Shown: positions 23,495 to 32,505, counted from the first letter of the stretch. The stretch: 32,837 nucleotides of DNA from an uncultured Bacilli bacterium (GCA_944358565.1 CALVRK010000002.1:1-32837), one strand, 5' to 3'. Made by a program: numbers and translations. The notes: a model not told the origin generated them from the sequence alone.

Positions 23495-26374
23495 ATGTAC
23501 GCACCACTTAATATAAAAACATGTAATTCACTTTTAAAAAGCATGATTAATATTGATAATTTAGTTAAAGTAGCTAAAGAAAACAATATCAAAGCTTTAA
23601 CTATTACCGACGATAACATGTATGGTGTCATAGAGTTTTATAGTGCCTGCACCAAAAACGGTATTAAACCAATTATTGGTTTAGAAATATCCTTGCCAGA
23701 AAAAATAATCTTTTATGCGATGAATTATGAAGGTTATAAAAACCTCATGAAACTAACAACCCTTAAATCAGAAAAAAGGTTAACTACAACTGATTTATCA
23801 AAATATGCATCTGATTTAATTTGTCTAGTTCCTTATGAAAGCCGAAATGTTTATAATGAATTAAAAAAATTATATAAATATATTTTTATTACTTATAAAA
23901 ATGATGAACAAAAAACCAAAATTAAAGCTACTAATTCTTTATATATGAATGAAATTTTATGTATAAATAAAGAAGATGAAAAGTATTTAAAATATCTTAA
24001 AGCTATTAAAGACGGAAAAAAAATTAATGAAATAGATGAAAATTTTACTAATGTTAGTTTATTTCCTTTAGAAACATCTAAAAATAATGAGCTTTTAGTA
24101 AGTTTATGTGATGTTCAAATTAAAACTCATCAAGATCTACTTCCAATATTTGATAAAAATAAAGATGCCTATGAAGAATTAAAAAAAGCCTGCATTGAAG
24201 GGATGAAAAATATATTTGGTGCGTCTGCACCCAAAAAATATGCAGTTAGACTAAAGCATGAATTAGAAATTATAAATAAAATGGGATTTTGTGATTACTT
24301 TTTAATCGTTGCCGATTACATCAAATTTGCGAAAAACCATGGAATCTTAGTTGGACCAGGTAGGGGAAGCGCGGCTGGCTCTTTAGTTGCTTACTGCCTA
24401 AACATTACAACTATTGATCCTTTAAAATATAATTTACTTTTTGAAAGATTTTTGAATCCCGAAAGAATAACTATGCCCGATATTGATGTCGATTTTGAAG
24501 ATACAAGAAGAGAAGAAGTTATCGAATACTGTATGCATAAATATGGTATAAAAAGAGTTGCTTTAATCATTACTTTTGGTACCTTAGCGGCTAAACAAGC
24601 TGTCAAAGATATTTGCCGCACCTTAGATATTGACCAAAAAAAAGTCGATAACTTAAGTAAACTTTTGGATTCTAAACTTTCTTTAAAACAAAACTATCAA
24701 AATCCAAAAATAAAAAGATATTTAGAGATGAATCCAGAATTCAAACCAGTTTATAAAATCGCTTCCAAATTTGAAGGTTTAAAAAGACATACTTCTTTGC
24801 ACGCTGCTGGAATTGTCATGTCTAAATATGACCTCGATGATTACATTCCTTTAGATAAAACTCATGATGAATTTTATGCAACTGAATATGATAAAGATCA
24901 TCTAGAAGAATTAGGCTTATTAAAAATGGATTTCTTAGGTTTAAAAAACCTAACATTAATTACTAATATTTTAAAAGAAATATCGGATTTAGAGTTTGAT
25001 ACTATTCCTGAAGATGACACTAAAGCTTTAAATATTTTTACTACTGTCAATACCGTTGGTATTTTCCAGTTTGAATCAGAAGGTATGAAAAAATTCTTGC
25101 AAAAATTTAAACCAACTACTTTTGAAGATATCGTTTCCGCACTTGCTCTTTTCCGTCCAGGACCGATGAAAAACATCGATTCATATATTAGAAGAAAAAA
25201 AGGCTTAGAAAAGATTGACTATTTCCATGAAGATCTAGAGCCAATTTTAAAACCAACTTACGGAATAATTGTCTATCAAGAGCAGATTATGCAAATAGCG
25301 AGCATTATGGCCGGTTATACTTTAGCTGAAGCTGATTTACTAAGAAGAGCTATGAGTAAAAAAAGTGAAAGCATTCTTTTAAAAGAAAAAGATAGATTTA
25401 TTAAAGGTAGCACACAAAAAGGTTATGACAAGGATTTAGCTATAAAAGTTTATAATATGATTTTTAAATTTGCTGACTATGGTTTTAATCGTTCACATTC
25501 TGTCGCTTATGCCATGATATCTTACCGTATGGCTTATCTTAAGGCTCATTATCCTAAATTATTTATGAAACATTTATTATCTAGTGCGATTAATAGTGAA
25601 ATCAAAACGAAAGAATATATTTATGAATGTGCAAAAAATAACATTTCTATTCGTAAACCAGATATTAACCTAAGTATGGATACCTATGAAACTATAAATA
25701 GCAGTATTATTTTTCCTTTAACTAACATTAAAAATGTTGGTGTGAATGCCGCTAGAGCCATATTGAAAGAAAGAGAAAAAGGAAAATTTCATGATATCTT
25801 TGACTTTACTGCTCGTTGTTATGGCGGACCAGTAAATTCTAAAACTTTAGAAAATTTAATTTATGCTGGAGCTTTTGATTCTTTTGGCTTTAATAAAAAT
25901 ACTTTAATTCAAAATCTCGATATTATTATAAATTATAGTGAAATAGGTTCTTACGTGTCCGATGACACATTTAAGCCAGAGCTTGAACAATTTAAAGAAT
26001 TATCTAAAAAAGAATTGATGCAAAAAGAACTTGAAGTATTTGGCTTTTATTTAAGTAATCATCCAATCACTGAATATAAAAAACAAAATCCTAAAGCTAT
26101 CGAATTAAAGGAGTTAAGTAGTTTCTTTGATAGGATGGTTGAAGCTATTGTCTATGTTGATAAAACTAAAGAAATAGATACTAAAAATAAAGATAAAATG
26201 ATGTTTATTACGGGCAGCGATGAATTATCGCAAGTTGATATTGTCGTTTTTCCAAGAGTTTATCAAATAATGCCGGCAATTACTTCAGGTGATATTTTAA
26301 AAATAACCGGCAAAGTTGAAAAAAGATATGATCAATATCAAATAGTTGCGAATAACGTAATAAAGTTAAATTGA
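23495..26374 (+). CDS. dnaE: DNA polymerase III alpha subunit, DnaE type
   Basis: N-terminal PHP domain, PDIDVDF catalytic motif and an OB-fold near the C-terminus. RBS aggaggg is present. At 959 aa it is rather compact. Confidence 0.9.
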   Translation: MYAPLNIKTCNSLLKSMINIDNLVKVAKENNIKALTITDDNMYGVIEFYSACTKNGIKPIIGLEISLPEKIIFYAMNYEGYKNLMKLTTLKSEKRLTTTDLSKYASDLICLVPYESRNVYNELKKLYKYIFITYKNDEQKTKIKATNSLYMNEILCINKEDEKYLKYLKAIKDGKKINEIDENFTNVSLFPLETSKNNELLVSLCDVQIKTHQDLLPIFDKNKDAYEELKKACIEGMKNIFGASAPKKYAVRLKHELEIINKMGFCDYFLIVADYIKFAKNHGILVGPGRGSAAGSLVAYCLNITTIDPLKYNLLFERFLNPERITMPDIDVDFEDTRREEVIEYCMHKYGIKRVALIITFGTLAAKQAVKDICRTLDIDQKKVDNLSKLLDSKLSLKQNYQNPKIKRYLEMNPEFKPVYKIASKFEGLKRHTSLHAAGIVMSKYDLDDYIPLDKTHDEFYATEYDKDHLEELGLLKMDFLGLKNLTLITNILKEISDLEFDTIPEDDTKALNIFTTVNTVGIFQFESEGMKKFLQKFKPTTFEDIVSALALFRPGPMKNIDSYIRRKKGLEKIDYFHEDLEPILKPTYGIIVYQEQIMQIASIMAGYTLAEADLLRRAMSKKSESILLKEKDRFIKGSTQKGYDKDLAIKVYNMIFKFADYGFNRSHSVAYAMISYRMAYLKAHYPKLFMKHLLSSAINSEIKTKEYIYECAKNNISIRKPDINLSMDTYETINSSIIFPLTNIKNVGVNAARAILKEREKGKFHDIFDFTARCYGGPVNSKTLENLIYAGAFDSFGFNKNTLIQNLDIIINYSEIGSYVSDDTFKPELEQFKELSKKELMQKELEVFGFYLSNHPITEYKKQNPKAIELKELSSFFDRMVEAIVYVDKTKEIDTKNKDKMMFITGSDELSQVDIVVFPRVYQIMPAITSGDILKITGKVEKRYDQYQIVANNVIKLN

Positions 26375-26431
26375 TTATATTTATTTTTCTATTAAAATAT
26401 GTTATTCTAATAATAGAGAGGTGAATAAAAG

Positions 26432-27136
26432 ATGAAAGGGGAAAAAAGTAAAATAATTTTAGTATATGTCTTAATGCTTTTAGTTATAGGATTAATTGTC
26501 GCTTTAACACTTTTTGTTTTAAATAGTAATAAAAAGAAAGAAAATCATAGTTCATCTACTAATAACGCACCGAAAGTTGATGTCAATCCATTTCCAAATA
26601 TATCACAGGAGTGTACTTTTAATCTTACATTAGATGAGTATAACGCTTTGACTGGACCTAGATGTAAAAATGGTTATAGTCGTTATAACGTAAATGGACT
26701 TTCACTTGGTGGAAAGACTATGAATGTTTCAGTTATTTATACTGATCAAGATGGTAACAAAGCGGGTATATATGTTAATGATAGACGTGCAACTACGGTA
26801 GTTAATAATGTTACAAATATTAAGTTTGGTATTTTTGACGATAAGTTATTTATATTAGATAATAATAACGAAACTAATGTTTTAGTGTTTGCTAATGATT
26901 CTACAAAAGTATACGATTTAAAAGAAGCATTAGAATCTTCTAAAATAACTGATCCAACACTTAATCAAGTTTTAAGCTCAACTACTATCAATCCAAATAG
27001 CTTTAATTTTACTGATGCGAATTTCACATTCCAAGCTGGAATAACAAGAGATAATCAAACTTTAGCTGGATCTACATATCAAGTAACTTTTAAAGGTAAC
27101 GAATTTTCTAAGCCAGAATTTTTAACTCAAAACTAA
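26432..27136 (+). CDS. N-terminally membrane-anchored extracellular protein, unknown function
   Basis: 234-aa ORF with RBS agagagg, a single TM helix and an Asn/Thr-rich ectodomain. Confidence 0.55.
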   Translation: MKGEKSKIILVYVLMLLVIGLIVALTLFVLNSNKKKENHSSSTNNAPKVDVNPFPNISQECTFNLTLDEYNALTGPRCKNGYSRYNVNGLSLGGKTMNVSVIYTDQDGNKAGIYVNDRRATTVVNNVTNIKFGIFDDKLFILDNNNETNVLVFANDSTKVYDLKEALESSKITDPTLNQVLSSTTINPNSFNFTDANFTFQAGITRDNQTLAGSTYQVTFKGNEFSKPEFLTQN

Positions 27137-27163
27137 AAGAATAGCTAACTAAGGCTATTCTTT
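27137..27163. terminator. Bidirectional hairpin between the 26432 gene and sspI
   Basis: aagaatagc (27137-27145) pairs with gctattctt (27154-27162). Confidence 0.5.
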
Positions 27164-27351
27164 AAAATATCTAAAATTCTATTTTTTTCATCATCTGAAC
27201 ATTTATTCCATACTATTTTAAAAAACACTCCTAATCCCGGTAAAGTAATTTCATCTTTATCATTAAAAGATGAAACAATTGACTCTTTAATATCATCTAT
27301 AGATGCTCCTTTAAAATTATTCATAATATGATTTTTAATACTTATATTCAT
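27145..27351 (-). CDS. sspI: Small acid-soluble spore protein I-like
   Basis: MNISIKNHIMNN...ITLPGLGVFFKIVWNKCSDDEKNRILDILKNSL resembles SspI (LPGLGVLFE.IW...E.E..IL). The second ATG (27351) fits the RBS aaaggaa better than 27360. Confidence 0.65.
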   Translation of the reverse strand: MNISIKNHIMNNFKGASIDDIKESIVSSFNDKDEITLPGLGVFFKIVWNKCSDDEKNRILDILKNSLS

Positions 27352-27373
27352 TATCACCATTTCCTTTCAAATT

Positions 27374-27403
27374 TATTATGTGTTTAAATTATATTAATTA
27401 TGC
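27374..27403 (-). promoter_or_regulatory. Candidate forespore (SigG/SigF-type) promoter of sspI
   Basis: Minus strand reads GCATA, 18-nt spacer, CATAATA, which matches the GnATR / CAtnnTA consensus. Confidence 0.3.
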
Positions 27404-27436
27404 AAACACATTTTAGTTATAAGCATATGATATAAT

Positions 27437-27658
27437 ATGAGAAGTTTAAATGAATTAAAAATTAATGAAGAAAGTACTATTGTATCGGTAAACACTGATA
27501 CAAATATTAAAAGGAGACTTATGGATATTGGTTTTGTCAAAGGTGAAAAAGTAAAATTACTATTAAAAAATTTTGGTGATAATATGCGAGCTTATAAAAT
27601 TAAAAATACTGTTATGGCTTTAAGAGTAAGTGATACTAAAAATATTTTAATTAAATGA
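27437..27658 (+). CDS. feoA: FeoA-domain protein (no feoB in the window)
   Basis: 73 aa, SH3-like FeoA pattern L.EL..GE...I..V......RRLMDIGF.KGEKV. Confidence 0.7.
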   Translation: MRSLNELKINEESTIVSVNTDTNIKRRLMDIGFVKGEKVKLLLKNFGDNMRAYKIKNTVMALRVSDTKNILIK

Positions 27659-27679
27659 AAGAAGAATACTTCTTTTTTT
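27658..27679 (+). terminator. Terminator after feoA
   Basis: aaagaag pairs with cttcttt, loop aata, followed by a T-run. Confidence 0.55.
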
Positions 27680-27735
27680 CTTTACAAGAACAATTGTTTG
27701 TGATATATTGAATACATCAAAGAAAAGGTGAGAAA

Positions 27736-28509
27736 ATGAAAATTAAAAACATCAAAAAAGTTGGAACTAAATATAAGATAATTTTAGATAATAATGAAGT
27801 GATAACAACTAGTGATCATGTAATTATAAATCATAATCTTTTATACGATAAAAAAATAAATCAAAAAGAGTTAAATAAAATAAAAGAAGATACTAAATAT
27901 TATGAAAACTATAATAAAGTTTTAAAAATGATCAACCGTAAAATTCGTAGTGAACACGAAATAAGAAAAACTTTAAATAAAAATGAGGTTTCTCAAACCG
28001 ACACTGATAAAATAGTAAATACTTTAAAAGAAATAGGACTTATAAATGATGAAGTCTTTGCCGAAAGCTATACTAATGACAAAATAAACTTAACTTTAGA
28101 AGGACCATATAAAATAAGAAAGGAATTAGAAGACCACGAAATTGATAGTACATATATTGAAAAAGCCTTATCTAATTTCACCCAAGATTTAATCGATAGT
28201 AAATTAGATAAAATAATTAGTAAAAAAATCAAAAGTAATACCAAAGACACAACTTATATTTTTAAACAAAAAACCTCACTATACTTGTCAAATCTTGGTT
28301 ATAGTAGGGAAGATATAGCTAATCATTTGGAAAATATTAAACTTGATAATAGTAAATTAGAGAAAGAAATGGAAAAAATATATAATAAATTAAAAACCAA
28401 ATATGAAGGTTATGCTTTATATAGTAAATTAAAACAAAAACTATATTCCAAAGGTTTTACTTCTGAAGAGATAAATAATTTCATAGAAAAAAACAGCTCA
28501 TTAATTTGA
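27736..28509 (+). CDS. recX: RecX-family regulatory protein
   Basis: Repeated three-helix RecX-like units (RSEHEIRKTL.., DKIVNTLKEIGLINDEVFAESY, LYSKGFTSEEINNFI). Confidence 0.7.
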   Translation: MKIKNIKKVGTKYKIILDNNEVITTSDHVIINHNLLYDKKINQKELNKIKEDTKYYENYNKVLKMINRKIRSEHEIRKTLNKNEVSQTDTDKIVNTLKEIGLINDEVFAESYTNDKINLTLEGPYKIRKELEDHEIDSTYIEKALSNFTQDLIDSKLDKIISKKIKSNTKDTTYIFKQKTSLYLSNLGYSREDIANHLENIKLDNSKLEKEMEKIYNKLKTKYEGYALYSKLKQKLYSKGFTSEEINNFIEKNSSLI

Positions 28510-29499
28510 ACTGTTTTTATTTGCGTTACTACTTAGTGCAGTATTAACAGAATTATCATAAGATTCTTTTAGTCCATCATCAGTTATATCTAAATTATAT
28601 TTTTTTCTTAAAGCAACTAGTGCTTTAGTTTGTAAAGTTGAATCTTCATTCATTTTTTCTTCAACTAATTTATCGATAACTTCATCTTTAACATCTTCTA
28701 ATTTTGGTTTTTCTTTTTGACTAATACGGTAAATAACATGATAACCATATTCTGATTTAACAGGTTCTTTAGTGTATTTACCATCTTTTAATTTGTTGGT
28801 AGCATCCCAGAACTCATCGACAACAGCGCCATAAGTTACTGTAAGTTTTCCACCGTCTTTAGCAGTCCCTTCATCGTCAGAATACTCTTTAGCAAGTTTG
28901 GCAAAATCTTCACCTTTATCAAGCTTTTTAATAATATCTTCCGCTTCTTTTTTAGCTTTTTCTTCTGCCTTTTCTTTTTCATCTTCACTCATATCATCAT
29001 CAGTATTTGGACTAATTAAAATATGTCTAGCTTCGATATCGCCATAAATATTATCATCGTAATATTTTTGAATATCTTTATCAGATATTACTTCATCTTT
29101 AACGTAATTTTCAGTAACAATATTCTTCTTATACTCTAAAATCAATTCTTCTTTAAACTCATCTTCACCAGAATATCCGGCTGATTTTAAAGCTGCACCA
29201 AAATCTTGACCATAACTTTGATAAGATTGTTTGTATGAACTTAATTGTGAATCAGCATAAGATTTAGCATCATCATCTGTTTTAATCTCTTTACCAACAA
29301 TAAAATTATCGATCATATTAGTTAGAGTAACTGCACCGCCTTGTTTTTTAAGCTCAGAATATAAATCTTCTGCAGTAATTGTTTTACCATCTAATTTTGC
29401 TACAACTTCTTCGCCATTTTCTAAAGTTGCTATTTTACCACAACCAGTAAGCATTAATGTCATAACTAAAACTAAGACAAATATTTTTTTCTTATTCAC
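28501..29499 (-). CDS. prsA: PrsA-like foldase lipoprotein (parvulin PPIase)
   Basis: Lipobox LMLTGC and a parvulin core (ARHILI ... EYGYHVIY). The GTG at 29499, preceded by aaaggaag, is preferred over the track start at 29535. Confidence 0.8.
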   Translation of the reverse strand: MNKKKIFVLVLVMTLMLTGCGKIATLENGEEVVAKLDGKTITAEDLYSELKKQGGAVTLTNMIDNFIVGKEIKTDDDAKSYADSQLSSYKQSYQSYGQDFGAALKSAGYSGEDEFKEELILEYKKNIVTENYVKDEVISDKDIQKYYDDNIYGDIEARHILISPNTDDDMSEDEKEKAEEKAKKEAEDIIKKLDKGEDFAKLAKEYSDDEGTAKDGGKLTVTYGAVVDEFWDATNKLKDGKYTKEPVKSEYGYHVIYRISQKEKPKLEDVKDEVIDKLVEEKMNEDSTLQTKALVALRKKYNLDITDDGLKESYDNSVNTALSSNANKNSSN

Positions 29500-29657
29500 G
29501 TCAACTCTTCCTTTCACATGTATGCTTTCATACATATTAAATAATATCAGATATTCCTTTAAATTTCAATAATTTTATTTATTTTTACCCATAAGTAATC
29601 ACACAAACCAAATTTTTCCATAAAATAATGTGAAAGGTAAAAAGGAGGATGATTTAT

Positions 29658-29741
29658 ATGTGTAATACCGGAACAAGTTCAGCAGCAATCGTATTAGTAT
29701 TATTTATTCTTTTAATAATCATACTTGGAGCTTATCTATAA
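29658..29741 (+). CDS. YjcZ-like tiny transmembrane (sporulation) peptide, 27 aa
   Basis: Hand translation gives MCNTGTSSAAIVLVLFILLIIILGAYL*. RBS aaaggagg lies 8 nt upstream. The (A)IVLVLFILLII.GA.. core is typical of the tiny_TM_bacill/YjcZ family. Confidence 0.55.
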   Translation: MCNTGTSSAAIVLVLFILLIIILGAYL

Positions 29742-29760
29742 GCCCTAGAAAGGAGTAATT

Positions 29761-29880
29761 ATGTCTTGCAATAATTCTTGTGAAAGACCTTGTGAAAGAC
29801 CATGTAACAATAATAGTTATTTAATTATTTTAGTACTATATATTTTACTTGCTATTTTATTAGGGTCTGTATTCTTTTAA
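29761..29880 (+). CDS. YjcZ-like tiny transmembrane peptide, 39 aa, Cys-rich N-terminus
   Basis: Hand translation gives MSCNNSCERPCERPCNNNSYLIILVLYILLAILLGSVFF*. RBS aaaggag is present, and it sits in tandem with the previous micro-ORF. Confidence 0.5.
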   Translation: MSCNNSCERPCERPCNNNSYLIILVLYILLAILLGSVFF

Positions 29881-29885
29881 TAAGG

Positions 29886-29910
29886 GAAAAGTCCATGGAC
29901 TTTTCTTTTA
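29886..29910 (+). terminator. Terminator after the tiny-peptide pair
   Basis: gaaaagtc pairs with gacttttc around a catg-type loop, followed by tttta. Confidence 0.6.
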
Positions 29911-29975
29911 ATGTTGGCTGCGTATATGTCAGGCTGATAATAATCATAATAGCTTATGAAATAGTGCACATGGTT

Positions 29976-30003
29976 TTGACATCATTTAAATTTTTGCTAT
30001 ATT
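29976..30003 (+). promoter_or_regulatory. Strong-looking sigma-A promoter upstream of the toxN relic
   Basis: TTGACA (29976-29981), 16-nt spacer, TGcTATATT extended -10 (29995-30003). Confidence 0.45.
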
Positions 30004-30099
30004 ATCGGTACATAAGTAATTATGTGTTACAAGATATATAAGAAAGTTGTATTTTGTAGCAAAAAAAAGCGGCGACTTCGGTCATATAACAGGAACTAA

Positions 30100-30493
30100 A
30101 AAAAGAATTAGAGGACAAATCTCTAGTTTTATATTTTGTGTTTTATATTCTAAACCTAAACACTTAAAATTAAATTGGATTTTTTAAAAATAGATAATGG
30201 GAAGTTAGGCGCTATTAATTTTAATAATATGTTACCTGTAACAGAAGAAAACATAATAAAATTAGATCTAGATAAGACGGTTTCAACAAAAGACGAAGAA
30301 ATGTATACAAAACTTTTAAAAAAGCAGATACTTTGGTTAAATCGTAATAAAAAATATATGGTAGAGCTTAAAAATCATATTATAAATATATGAACGAAAC
30401 ATTGAATTATCGTATAGCAAAGCGTTACATGATTTTAAATTACTAGAAGAAAAATGTCTAGAATATAATAAAATACTATCTTTAGTATCTTGA
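30100..30493 (+). pseudogene. Decayed ToxN/AbiQ-family endoribonuclease toxin gene (type III TA); 5' boundary uncertain
   Basis: Three pieces lie in two frames. Piece 1 is ..ISSFIFCVLYSKPKHLKLN (frame 2). Piece 2 is DFLKIDNGKLGAINFNNMLPVTEENIIKLDL...YTKLLKKQILWLNRN (track ORF 30175..30393, frame 1). Piece 3 is ..LHDFKLLEEKCLEYNK* (frame 2, ending at 30493). They align in order with ToxN ..APLTSPKKWH.., ..LGLINLKFMIPIIEAEVSLLDL..YKRMLYKQLQFIRAN.. and ..NFSLLEEKYRDF. Confidence 0.6.
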
Positions 30494-30540
30494 TACAACA
30501 GTTTGACAAACAAACTATAATTATATATAATTAAATGCAA

Positions 30541-30745
30541 GGCAACAGGGAAAATAGTAATAAGTTAAATATATTTATAGTGAACTGGGATTAGTGGAAG
30601 CCTAGTAATATATCCTTATGAACGCGTTCCTTGAATAAGCTGTTTGTATAATCTGCATTAAAGATTAAAGTCGCATAGAATCTCTATGAAGTAAGGTGGC
30701 ACCGCGGGGTAAACTCGTCCTTATTTTATAGGGATTTTTATATTA
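30541..30745 (+). promoter_or_regulatory. T-box leader (tRNA-Arg-responsive riboswitch) of argS
   Basis: AGTA box at 30556-30559. The Stem-I 3' side reads atGAA-CGC-G (specifier CGC at 30623-30625). Stem III catagaatctctatg is at 30673-30687. The conserved T-box sequence aaggtggcaccgcg is at 30693-30706. A weak hairpin tccttat/ataggga plus a T-run follows at 30718-30739. Confidence 0.8.
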
Positions 30746-30760
30746 TAAGGAGGGAACAAT

Positions 30761-32446
30761 ATGAATACTAAATTGGAAAATATTTTAAACGAAACTTTAA
30801 ATTTATTAAACTATGTTTATGAAACAAAAGTTATTAAATCAAATGTTGATGGTGTTGACTTTCAATGTGATGATGCTTTTAAATTAGCAAAACTTTATCA
30901 TAAAGCTCCTTTTATGATTGCTGAAGAAGTAGTAAATAAATTAAAAGCAAGTGAAAATTTTAATGATTATTTCAAAGAAGTAAGTGTAGCTAAACCGGGC
31001 TTTATCAATCTTATTGTCAGCGATAAATTAATTAATGAATCATTAACTGAATTAATGCAAAAAGATAAATTAGGCGCTACTAAAGAAAATGAAACTATAG
31101 TTATCGATTATGGTGGACCAAATGTTGCCAAACCACTACATGTTGGTCATTTAAGAACTGCAATAATCGGACAAGCTATTAACAATATTTTAAAATTTAA
31201 AGGAAATAAAACAATTGGTGATGTCCATTTAGGTGATATTGGTGCCCAAATGGGACAAGTTATTTATGGAATTCTCCATGACTTTCCAAATACTAAATAT
31301 GAAGATATCGAATTTGATTTAAATTACTTGAATGTTACTTATCCTAAGATGAGTGCTTTATGTAAAGAAAATGAAGAAGTTCGTAAAGAGTGTGCTGAAA
31401 TAACCAAAAAATTGCAGGAAGGCGATCCAAATTATCATATATTATGGAAAAAAATATATGATCTTTCAGTAAATGATATTAAAAGAATTTATGATTATCT
31501 AGATGTTCATTTTGATTATTGGTATGGCGAAAGTGATGCTTATAAACAGTTTCCTGAAATGATGAATTATCTAGATAAACAGCCTTGCGTTAGGATTGAT
31601 AATGGGGCCAAAATTATTGATGTTAAAGAAGAAACAGATAAAGTTGATATTCCACCTTGTTTGATTCAAAAAAGCGATGGCGCTTATTTATATGCTACGT
31701 CAGATTTAGGAACTATTTGGCAAAGGAAGAAAGATTTTAATCCTGATGAAATTATTTATGTTGTCGATGCTCGTCAAAGTATGTATTTCACACAAGTATT
31801 TAGGGCTGCTAAAAAAACACATATTTATGATGGTAAATTAGTTCATTATGGTAACGGAACTGTTAATGGAAAAGATAATAAACCATTTAAAACTAGAACC
31901 GGTGGTGCTTTAAAACTTGAAGATTTAATTAAAGAAGTAAAACAAGAATTTGTCAATTTACGTCAAGAAAATCAAAATATGGATAGAGAAGATTTAGATA
32001 AAATTGTTGTTTCAATTTTAAAATTTGCTGATTTACAAAATGATTTAACTAGAAACTATATTTTCGATATTAAAAAATTTAGTGAAGTTAATGGTAAAAC
32101 TGGTCCATATATTTTGTACACATATTTAAGAATTAATAAATTATTAACATCAAATGATGGTAAGTTATCTGAAAATATTTATAATGATATAGATAGAAAT
32201 TTACGCTTAAAATTGCTAGAAGTAAGTTCTATAATTGATGAAGCTGCCAAAGAAAGAAGACCGCATATTATTGCTAGTTACTTGTATGATTTAGCCGTTA
32301 TTGCCAACAATTTCTATCAAGCAAATCATATGGCTGACTTAGAAGGACAAATCAAAAACGATTATGATATTATATTAACTTATAATAATGTTGTTTTAAA
32401 AACACTCCTAGAATTATTAGGAATTCATATTCCAAAAACAATGTAA
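30761..32446 (+). CDS. argS: Arginine--tRNA ligase
   Basis: 561 aa with the HIGH motif PLHVGHLRTAIIG and a class I ArgS layout. RBS aaggaggg is present. Confidence 0.95.
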   Translation: MNTKLENILNETLNLLNYVYETKVIKSNVDGVDFQCDDAFKLAKLYHKAPFMIAEEVVNKLKASENFNDYFKEVSVAKPGFINLIVSDKLINESLTELMQKDKLGATKENETIVIDYGGPNVAKPLHVGHLRTAIIGQAINNILKFKGNKTIGDVHLGDIGAQMGQVIYGILHDFPNTKYEDIEFDLNYLNVTYPKMSALCKENEEVRKECAEITKKLQEGDPNYHILWKKIYDLSVNDIKRIYDYLDVHFDYWYGESDAYKQFPEMMNYLDKQPCVRIDNGAKIIDVKEETDKVDIPPCLIQKSDGAYLYATSDLGTIWQRKKDFNPDEIIYVVDARQSMYFTQVFRAAKKTHIYDGKLVHYGNGTVNGKDNKPFKTRTGGALKLEDLIKEVKQEFVNLRQENQNMDREDLDKIVVSILKFADLQNDLTRNYIFDIKKFSEVNGKTGPYILYTYLRINKLLTSNDGKLSENIYNDIDRNLRLKLLEVSSIIDEAAKERRPHIIASYLYDLAVIANNFYQANHMADLEGQIKNDYDIILTYNNVVLKTLLELLGIHIPKTM

Positions 32447-32505
32447 AGCTGTTGAAAAGAATTTCTAATTATGATATAGTAAATATCAAGATAGGAGATA
32501 GATAT

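Noticed and set aside
23350-23631. 93-aa very hydrophobic minus-strand ORF overlapping the dnaE start
   Set aside because: It overlaps 137 nt of dnaE, which has a strong RBS and a conserved PHP N-terminus. Its Phe/Leu/Ile richness is what antisense A-rich DNA yields. No RBS is present.
29911-30100. Looked for ToxI-like tandem ~36-nt antitoxin RNA repeats upstream of the ToxN relic
   Set aside because: No tandem repetition is visible by eye, only scattered ataat-type low-complexity sequence. It is reported as absent, but a dot-plot should confirm this.
30337-30540. 67-aa minus-strand ORF between the ToxN relic and the T-box
   Set aside because: It is antisense to the ToxN-homologous remnant, with no RBS and no recognisable motif. 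It is most likely spurious.
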